A stretch of DNA of 62,150 nt from NCBI GenBank assembly GCA_964581275.1, contig CAZOOE010000001.1:1-62150 (forward strand), read 5' to 3'. Positions within the stretch are counted from its first letter, which is position 1. Each line of letters opens with the position of its first letter. The position numbers were made by a program, and so were the translations under genes. The stretch comes from an uncultured Clostridia bacterium. GTDB lineage: Bacteria; Acidobacteriota; Blastocatellia; UBA7656. Below, piece by piece: positions 24,391-31,835 of the stretch. The notes beneath the pieces were generated by a model, which was given only the letters and a program-made list of their open reading frames with translations, was not told where the DNA came from and made no database searches.

Positions 24391-24621
24391 GGTGCCCTAC
24401 TCGGGGGCTTGGGTAACGCATTTCAGATAGAACTGGACCCGCGCGGCGAGTTCTTGTATGTGATCACTCAACGCGCAGACGCCTCCATCCCGCTGGGCGA
24501 AGGGAACACGCTGCACGTATTGAGAATCAACCCAACCGGGAGGGTGGCCGAAGCAGGTCAATCGCCGATCATGCTGCCTGTGCCACCAGGCACTCGGCCA
24601 CAAGGTGTGGCGACCTTCTAG
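24391..24621 (+). pseudogene. C-terminal fragment of a beta-propeller lactonase-family protein
   Basis: FQIELDPRGEFLYVITQRADASIPLGEGNTLHVLRINPTGRVAEAGQSPIMLPVPPGTRPQGVATF* resembles the last blade of 6-phosphogluconolactonase-like propellers. There is no upstream remainder. Confidence 0.4.
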
Positions 24622-24670
24622 AAATCATGGGGCGAAGGTAACGGAGGATCCTGTAAGACCGTATTTGTGG

Positions 24671-25288
24671 TCAAAACCGAAACACAATCCCTCCAGAGGA
24701 GAGGAGGTTGTGCTGGCGGCTTCTCGAAAGCTGCACATTAAGGTTTGGGCTGCCGGAAACGAAATCGCGCACCTCGCCGCGAATGCTCAGAAAGCGAAGC
24801 AGATTCAAATCCAAACCGCCTCCAAAATCGAAGACGCCGCGATTGGTTCCGCGCGGTCCAAGATTGGGCTGATTGTCGATGCGAAAGGCACTTTCTTCGA
24901 ATCGCCCGAATCCGCCTCCCACCACAGCATAAGGAGATATGTTTGAGTCGGGAAGAAACTTGACCTTTATCCCGGGAGTAATGAAGAGTGACGCGTAGTT
25001 ACGCGGGACAGTAACGTTTGAAGATCTGAGATCCGCGCTCGGGGCGGCCGCAAATGGGACCTCAAGATGAACCGAAAGGGCCTTGAATCCCGCAAACCGA
25101 TACGCGTAATTTGCGTAGTACGTTAGACCGGCGCCAATACGCACAGAGCCCGGTTGAGGTGACCTTAGCTCCCGGTCGCCTGTCGTGTTTCCGCCTAACA
25201 GCAGACCGATCTCATGACTTTGCGCTGAGGCGCTTATCGCGCCACCAAGAAGCAGTGCTGGTAAAATCAAAGCTCTAAGTTTCGTCAT
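24671..25288 (-). CDS. Outer-membrane beta-barrel (OmpA-like/porin family) protein
   Basis: The signal peptide is MTKLRALILPALLLGGAISASAQS. The sequence has alternating amphipathic strands and a C-terminal ...GGIVFRF. Confidence 0.7.
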   Translation of the reverse strand: MTKLRALILPALLLGGAISASAQSHEIGLLLGGNTTGDRELRSPQPGSVRIGAGLTYYANYAYRFAGFKALSVHLEVPFAAAPSADLRSSNVTVPRNYASLFITPGIKVKFLPDSNISPYAVVGGGFGRFEESAFRIDNQPNLGPRGTNRGVFDFGGGLDLNLLRFLSIRGEVRDFVSGSPNLNVQLSRSRQHNLLSSGGIVFRF

Positions 25289-25372
25289 TAATCATTAATC
25301 TCCTATTCCACCATGCTTTGCAGTGAACTTCGGCCCGTAAGCAGCGATCCAGATTCGATAAGCGTTCTTGCC

Positions 25373-26122
25373 TCATCTTTGAGCAGCGACGATATCGAAC
25401 GAGAACTTCAACTCGTCCTTGACCTTAATAGTGCCGCCCGCCACCGCAACCGGTTTGATGTTGTAGTTGGTTTGTCTCAAAGAGAACTCGCCACGCCCCC
25501 GTAAGCTGCCGTCTCCAAACTGTAGCTGGGCATTGATCGTCGCGCCGCGAGTGACTCCATGCAGAGTGAGATCCCCGTCAATCCTGGCCTGATACTTTCC
25601 CTCGTCAATCCTGGCCGCAGCGACGTTGGTGCTGTTAAAGACGATCTCCGGGTACTTAGCTGTTTCAAGCACCTCTTCGCGCATGGCGGACTGGATTTTT
25701 TGGCGGTCGGTCTCGCTCACCTTGTCGGTGACGGCAAGTGAATCGGCTCTAATCTGGAGTTGAAGTGAAGCTGGCTCCACGGTGCCGAAAGTGAATTGCA
25801 CCGTGCCGGTGAAGTCGCGGATTGCAATGGTGTGATTGTGCCCGAATAAAGATAACAAGCCTCCGACGTATGCGCGCACGTTGAATCGGCTCTGATCCGC
25901 ATCCACCTTGTAAGTGGCTCTGGCAGGCGCGGGAGTCGATGGCGACAGGACTGACTCTGCCGCATCCGCTCGGACAGCCTGTGGGTCTTCACTCGGAGAA
26001 TGAAGGGGCAAGAATCCGTACTGGAATCCGTAAACGAAGAATGAGGCGGCTGCTGCGAAAAGCGCCACCCAGTGATACTCCTTCCGATTGCTCATAAAGT
26101 CCGCTTTCAAAGTGATAATCAC
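25373..26122 (-). CDS. YceI-family periplasmic protein
   Basis: The motifs YPEIVFNSTNV...G.YQARIDGDLTLHGVTR...FSL.....NI match the YceI-like domain. The start is either GTG 26122 or ATG 26095. Confidence 0.75.
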   Translation of the reverse strand: MIITLKADFMSNRKEYHWVALFAAAASFFVYGFQYGFLPLHSPSEDPQAVRADAAESVLSPSTPAPARATYKVDADQSRFNVRAYVGGLLSLFGHNHTIAIRDFTGTVQFTFGTVEPASLQLQIRADSLAVTDKVSETDRQKIQSAMREEVLETAKYPEIVFNSTNVAAARIDEGKYQARIDGDLTLHGVTRGATINAQLQFGDGSLRGRGEFSLRQTNYNIKPVAVAGGTIKVKDELKFSFDIVAAQR

Positions 26123-26210
26123 TGTTCACAGGAACATGGTTGTTATCGATGAGAACACGATGAGATGGATCTCCCAGGTTGATCTTCCCGTTCTTCGTGC
26201 GTCGAGCTTC

Positions 26211-26960
26211 TTATCTGAGACGGCGAATAGTGATCTGCGCAACAGGGTTTCGCCAGTCCCGGCGAGCAGCCATCAGATCGCCGATTCCATGAATCCCAGC
26301 GTGAATATGGACAAATCCCTCTTCGCCGCCTGCGGGCATCCCGCCCCCGCCGGGTCCCCCGCATTCCGAAAAGAAAGGGCCCGGGATTGAGGAGCAAAGC
26401 TCATCATTTCTTTCGCTGCCGGCATCGTAGGCCGGAGAAAAAAGCGTCAGGGTAGTGTTTCCTCGTGGCCCTTCAACCCCGTTGACCGCAAAGAATCCGT
26501 CGTTTGTTGGGATCAACATAGCGGCGACGCTGAGATGGTCGAATGCTCCGGGCGCCTCAACGGTCAGAGTCACCGATTTCCCGGGATCTGTCAGGCCTCC
26601 AGATGAAACAACATCCTTGACCTCCGGCATCCCTGAAAGCAGGGTGGTCAGCGGCGCCGTATTTCCTTCCTCGGCTAAGGTCGCCAACTGGGTGCTCACC
26701 GCCTGTCCCAGAGTAAAGAGCCTGACTCCCTCTTTGTGACTGGCCACAAGAACGGGAGTAAATTGCTGCCCTCGCGTCAGATTGGTAATCGTGACCTCAA
26801 AGCGCGGTCCGTTCTGCGACGCAGACCCTTGTACCCCGGTGTCCTGCCCGACAGCAGGCGTGCTGGCTGAGGTGATGTTTTGGGTGTGCAGCGACGGACC
26901 AAATGCTGCAAGCGCCACTAGACAGACCAACAGGATGAAGCCTCTTTTTCTGGTTTTCAT
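26211..26960 (-). CDS. Secreted spondin_N-like domain protein
   Basis: It has a signal peptide. FTPVLVASHKEGVRLFTLGQAVSTQLATLAEEGN and AAMLIPTNDGFFAVNG resemble bacterial spondin-N family proteins. Confidence 0.55.
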   Translation of the reverse strand: MKTRKRGFILLVCLVALAAFGPSLHTQNITSASTPAVGQDTGVQGSASQNGPRFEVTITNLTRGQQFTPVLVASHKEGVRLFTLGQAVSTQLATLAEEGNTAPLTTLLSGMPEVKDVVSSGGLTDPGKSVTLTVEAPGAFDHLSVAAMLIPTNDGFFAVNGVEGPRGNTTLTLFSPAYDAGSERNDELCSSIPGPFFSECGGPGGGGMPAGGEEGFVHIHAGIHGIGDLMAARRDWRNPVAQITIRRLR

Positions 26961-27347
26961 TTACTGAGTCTCCTCTTCCGTTTTGGTTCCGTTTGCTTCA
27001 TTCGCACGTAAGGAAAATCGCGCGGGTAGTGTGTGTCGTGGGATACGGCTTGATAGCAGCCTCCCGCGTTCGATTTACTGACACCATCCCTACAAGAAAT
27101 CGCGAGCGATTTCTGAAGCAAAAAGCGTCGACATACTGTTCAACAATCATAAGACAGGGTAAAGTTCCCACCTGGGAATAAAAAATCGGTGTTTGGGAAA
27201 GAAACGAATAGAAAATACACCTGAAACGCAAATACTAAAGATAAGGCGGGATTTTCAGCATCGATTTTTGAGCGATCGTCTTTCATTCGGTCGGCACGGT
27301 CGTCGGTGGATGGCATCTGTTCGCAGTTTCAGTAGATAGAGTTCCTC

Positions 27348-27923
27348 ATGCCGGATTCGCCCATTATTGGCGCCGGGAATAAAAGGGCCCAATTCGAAGT
27401 GGTCGCCCTGCCCTTCACCCGATCGCTCTATAACGCCGCCCGGCGTTTAACCCGCAATCCTGAGGATGCCGGTGACCTGGTCCAGGAGACCTACCTGCGA
27501 GCCTACCGCACTTTTCTTAACTTTGCTCCGGGAACGAATTGCAAGGCATGGTTGTTTACTATCCTGTATTCGGTGTTCTTCAATAAATACCGCAAGGACC
27601 AGCGCGAACCCGAAGCGGTTTCGATTGAGGAATTGGAAGAGAGATTTCACCGCTGTCTGGCAAGTGAATGGGACGCGAATCGAGCGCTCAATCTCAACGA
27701 GGTCGCTGTGGAAGTAGATGAAGCGTTGAACCGGCTGCCCGAAGGTTTCCGTTCGGTCGTGTTGCTTGTGGATGTGGAAGAGATGTCATACGAGGAGGCA
27801 GCCGGTATTTTAAATTGTCCGGTGGGGACGGTACGCTCTCGGCTCTTTCGGGCGCGCAAGCTGTTGTTTATTGAACTACATCAGTACGCTCTGAAAAAAG
27901 GTTACGTTCAAAAGGCGAAATGA
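27348..27923 (+). CDS. ECF-type RNA polymerase sigma factor
   Basis: Region 2 reads DAGDLVQETYLRAYRTF. Region 4 reads SYEEAAGILNCPVGTVRSRLFRARKLL. Confidence 0.9.
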   Translation: MPDSPIIGAGNKRAQFEVVALPFTRSLYNAARRLTRNPEDAGDLVQETYLRAYRTFLNFAPGTNCKAWLFTILYSVFFNKYRKDQREPEAVSIEELEERFHRCLASEWDANRALNLNEVAVEVDEALNRLPEGFRSVVLLVDVEEMSYEEAAGILNCPVGTVRSRLFRARKLLFIELHQYALKKGYVQKAK

Positions 27924-28762
27924 CAGGCATGTCGTCAGAGACCCGACATTTTAAGCAAGAGATGCAGGAGCTGCTCGATGACCGGTTGAACTACGATGCG
28001 CGTCCGGAGGTGCAGCGCCATCTTGAATCGTGCCAGGAGTGTAAACGGGAGTTCGAGGCCTTGAGCTGGACCAAAGAGATTTCCCGGCAACAGTTCGAGC
28101 TTAAAGCCATGCCCGCGAAACTGGAAGAAAGCATTTCGAAGGCCTTGGACCTTGAAGACTGTGGCTCGCGCGTCGGGCTCTTTTCGCGGCCCTTCCGGTG
28201 GCCACCGCGAAGAGCGCTCCTGACTTACGGTTTCATCCTCGCGGCTGCCGTCGTCTTGGTGCTGTCCTATTCTATTCTACGAAAACCCGGGTTGCCCACT
28301 GAGACAGCGTCGTTGCCCCTGGCAGTCGCGCGGGATTATCGAAACTACCAGACTGAAACACTCCCTCTGAGTTTGGAGACCGGCAACGAGAAAGAGCTGG
28401 AAAGGTTTTTCTTGTCCGCGGGCATTGCTTTCGACACGCGAGTCTTTGACCTTGGAATGATGAACTATCATTTGCTGGGCGGTCGAATACACCAACTGAT
28501 AGGCCGCCAGAGCGCCCTGTTCGTTTACCGTGGGAAGAATCGCCGAGTTCTGATCTGTCAGATGTACCCGGGGCACGCAACCGAACTACCGCCAGGCGGC
28601 GCCACCTTGCGCGAAGAAAAGGGAATCCTTTTTTACATCTACCGCGACGATGGCCTGACCATCGTATTCTGGCAGGAGGGAGCGGTCTTTTGTGTGCTGA
28701 CTTCAGATGGTGATCCCGAAGAAGTTGTCCAACTTGCGGTTGCGAAGTCCGTCAAAGTTTAG
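27920..28762 (+). CDS. Anti-sigma factor (zf-HC2 type), single-pass membrane protein
   Basis: An ATGA overlap links it to the sigma gene. It has HLESCQECKREFEAL and a TM segment ALLTYGFILAAAVVLVLSY. Confidence 0.75.
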   Translation: MTGMSSETRHFKQEMQELLDDRLNYDARPEVQRHLESCQECKREFEALSWTKEISRQQFELKAMPAKLEESISKALDLEDCGSRVGLFSRPFRWPPRRALLTYGFILAAAVVLVLSYSILRKPGLPTETASLPLAVARDYRNYQTETLPLSLETGNEKELERFFLSAGIAFDTRVFDLGMMNYHLLGGRIHQLIGRQSALFVYRGKNRRVLICQMYPGHATELPPGGATLREEKGILFYIYRDDGLTIVFWQEGAVFCVLTSDGDPEEVVQLAVAKSVKV

Positions 28763-28874
28763 CTTGCCGCCTTGATCCGCGGCAGCGGCTCTTCAAACGA
28801 CGCGAGAGTCATAAGCCACGCGCCGGGAATGGCGGCGACATCGGCCCGGACCCCCGAGAGGTTCTTGCCGCGGC

Positions 28875-29165
28875 GTGTCTGTGGCTACTTTAGATGGCGG
28901 TCAAACTTGGTCCGTCCCGAAGGTCCTGTACGCCGAAGGGGGCAGGCCCGGCTTACTTCACTGCCATCGCCGTATCGCTCCAGCGGCACCGAGGGCGTGG
29001 GCTAGCTGCAACATGAGAGCGATCGCAACAAGGCCCCTTGCGATCGCATCTACTTCGTGGCTTCGGCCGATGACGGTATGACTATCAGCCCGCCGAGGGT
29101 GGTCTCAAACTCGATATCGTGTCCTAAAGACACGATTTGGGTCATAGCTTTCAAGACTGCAGCAT
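28875..29165 (+). pseudogene. Possible remnant of a BNR/sialidase-like repeat protein
   Basis: SVATLDGGQTWSVPKVLY (an SxDxGxTW BNR motif) and ASADDGMTIS lie in two different frames. There is no intact ORF. Confidence 0.3.
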
Positions 29166-29490
29166 AAGGTTTTCAAGCGCGATAGGAAGCTGCGTCGCGG
29201 TGCCATGATGCTCCAGAAGAGCGCAGTCGCCGTCGATGGCGATCCTTAAAGTGGCGATAGCGGGTCTCTAATCTACGCGCTGCTATGTGATGAACCGCTG
29301 GAATAAGACCACTCATGATCGGATATTAGTATCTGGGCAAGAGGTGGGGGAACCTTCTTAGGCTGTCTATGAATCCACTCTCCGACACGTCCGGTTTTGT
29401 CGAGCTCGTATCAGACGAATCACTGTGCTTTACTAACAGATCGCTAATGGAGGACCGCATCTTCGCGCTGCGGTATAGAAGGGAGTGCGC

Positions 29491-30495
29491 ATGCTCTTCT
29501 CGGTTGGAGTTGGTCTCACTAATGCGTGTGATCTGGCTTGCGCGCATTGCTACAGAGATGTGGACAAAGTCGATTATCTCTCGATTTACGACATCAAGAC
29601 CCTCTGTGAAAGCATTCCTCTGCGCGCGATTAATCTTGGAACGGGCGAGAACGCTCTACACCCAGAATTCATGCGGATCCTTGCGTATCTGAGAGAGCGC
29701 GAAGTAAAGATAACCATAACCTCGAATGGATACAGTATCAAAGCGCTATCTGATGAGGAGGTATGCTACTTTCACGATGTCGAGTTCTCACTCGATTTTC
29801 CCACTGAGCCCGAGCAAGACGAGTTTCGCGGTAAAGGCAACTGGCGCTTGATCGAAGAACAGATGGAGCGTTGCCGTCGTTTGGGCGTGAGCGTGGCTAT
29901 TACCGCAGTGATGATGAGTATCAACTACCATAGGATGGCCGAGATTGCTCGAATTGCCGCCAGCCGCGGAGCGATGCTGCGGGTCAATGCTTACCAGCCT
30001 GTGAAGACCGATGCATTCACACTCTCCTACGAGCAGTTCTGGGCGGGCTATAGAAGCCTGTTCGCGGAAACAGAGATCAAAATCTGCAACGAGCCAATCG
30101 TGCGAGCGGTGCTGGGCCTGAACGGAAGCCGGTGTGGCTGCGGAGTCGAGACGGTAAGAGTTTCGCCGCGCGGAGAAGTAATGCCCTGTGTATACTGGCC
30201 CGGTAAGAAGATGACTCTCTCGGAGTTGCAAGAGCTTGGGACGGCAATAACAGAGAGCGAGCCGTTCGCTCAGACTCGCGTGATTCCTGAGTTCTGTCGC
30301 AGTTGTCAATTCGTCGATACGTGCGGAGGCGGCTGCCCCGGTCGCCGGATGCTTCGAGGCAGTCTCTACCAGCCTGACGAATATTGCCCGTTTGTTCGCG
30401 GCGAGACTATAAAACTTGAATACAAAATGACTGCGACCGGGGATTTGCCTAAAAGTGCAAGCGCCTGCACGACGATCGTCGCCGGAATCAGCTAG
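29491..30495 (+). CDS. Radical SAM enzyme with a C-terminal SPASM/twitch-type Cys cluster
   Basis: GLTNACDLACAHCY gives Cx3Cx2C. The C-terminal cysteines are CGCGVETVRVSPRGEVMPCVYW...CRSCQFVDTCGGGCPGRR. I prefer the ATG at 29491, which has a GGGAG Shine-Dalgarno. Confidence 0.85.
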   Translation: MLFSVGVGLTNACDLACAHCYRDVDKVDYLSIYDIKTLCESIPLRAINLGTGENALHPEFMRILAYLREREVKITITSNGYSIKALSDEEVCYFHDVEFSLDFPTEPEQDEFRGKGNWRLIEEQMERCRRLGVSVAITAVMMSINYHRMAEIARIAASRGAMLRVNAYQPVKTDAFTLSYEQFWAGYRSLFAETEIKICNEPIVRAVLGLNGSRCGCGVETVRVSPRGEVMPCVYWPGKKMTLSELQELGTAITESEPFAQTRVIPEFCRSCQFVDTCGGGCPGRRMLRGSLYQPDEYCPFVRGETIKLEYKMTATGDLPKSASACTTIVAGIS

Positions 30496-30532
30496 AAAAA
30501 AACCTGTGGTGTGAAAGACCAAGATATACCAA

Positions 30533-31021
30533 ATGACCAACAACGTTACCGACAAAGACAATCGAGCGAGGCGCGCTCAGATCGCGCTGGCGCTTATGCG
30601 CGTGACGCTGGGTGCAATGTTTGTGTGGGTATTCTTCGAGAACAGAGGCAAGGGGTTGTATACGCCCGATGGCTACGCCGGACTGATCAATTACTACGCG
30701 ACCGCGGGAACAGCTCCCGCATTCTGGAAGAGCATCATGCAGTTCATGGCGAGCCACTCGGCAGTAATGGGACCGGTGCAAGCCGTCACTGAAATCACAT
30801 TTGGCGTGTGTTTGGTGTTGGGGCTGTTGATACGTCCGGTCGGGCTCGCAGCGTTTGCCTTTCTCGCTTCGCTGTGGATTTCCGAATGGGGGACGGCGTG
30901 GATCTGGGAGCTGCTTGTGCCGATGATGGCCGCGTTCAGTATTGCCCTCGGCGCAGCTGGCAGCAAATGGGGGATAGATGCCGTCCTGGCTCGGCGCTAT
31001 CCCGATTCTCCGCTGTGGTAG
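30533..31021 (+). CDS. DoxX-family membrane protein
   Basis: 162 aa with four hydrophobic helices. LALMRVTLGAMFVWVFFEN...TEITFGVCLVLGLLIRPVGLAAF is typical of DoxX/DoxD. Confidence 0.7.
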   Translation: MTNNVTDKDNRARRAQIALALMRVTLGAMFVWVFFENRGKGLYTPDGYAGLINYYATAGTAPAFWKSIMQFMASHSAVMGPVQAVTEITFGVCLVLGLLIRPVGLAAFAFLASLWISEWGTAWIWELLVPMMAAFSIALGAAGSKWGIDAVLARRYPDSPLW

Positions 31022-31037
31022 TAACCTCTTTTCTGCG

Positions 31038-31835
31038 ATGAAAGAGAAACGTGAGGTTCTAAATGCGCGCATGCGGCGTAGCGCCCACGCGCTGGGCATA
31101 ATGGCAAAAGCTCCCCTGTCCGGCCAAGTCAAGACTCGCCTCGTTCCGCCGCTTACTCCGGATGAAGCTGCTGCATTGAGCTTGTGTTCTCTTCGGGATA
31201 CTATAGCGAATGTGGCCGGCATAGCCGCCCGGCAAGGCGCAGATGCGGTCGTCGTATACACGCCCGTCGGTTCTGAGCAAACATTCGAGGACTTGCTCCC
31301 AAAGGAATTCAGTCTTCTTGCCCAATATGGCGCGTCTCTGGGCGAAAGACTTCTAAACGCGACCGAGACCTTGCTTGGCCTCGGTTACGAATCAGTATGT
31401 CTGATCAACGCCGATAGTCCGACGTTGCCGAGCGAGCTTCTCAGCAGCGCGGTTTACGCTCTCGCGCATTCGGGAGATCCTGTTGTGCTGGGTCCCGCCG
31501 AGGACGGGGGTTACTATCTCATAGGCTTGAAGCGCGCGCACCGGCGGTTGTTCAACGATATCGAGTGGAGCACCGCGAAAGTTCTCACGCAAACGCCCCC
31601 CCGCGCATCTTAGCTTCGTCTAGAAGTTCCACTGCTGGCACCCTGGTACGACCTCGATGATGCGGGAACTCTAGCCCGCCTATGCGACGAGTTGTTTTCG
31701 GCGAATGGAGATCACCGCGCAAACGGTTACGCGGCGACGTTCACGCGTGATTACCTCGCGCAATTGATCGAGAAAGATGGGCGCGAACGCATCTGGCCGG
31801 GCGGTTTGTCTTCGCGCCCGGAGCCGGATCGTTGA
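31038..31835 (+). pseudogene. DUF2064 / TIGR04282-type transferase interrupted by one in-frame TAG (31611-31613)
   Basis: The N-terminal part shows GIMAKAPLSGQVKTRLVPPLTPDEAA and LGPAEDGGYYLIGL...DIEWST. After the TAG, the same frame continues LRLEVPLLAPWYDLDDAGTLARL, the conserved family C-terminus. It stops at 31833-35, overlapping the TTG start (31832) of the next gene. Confidence 0.7.
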
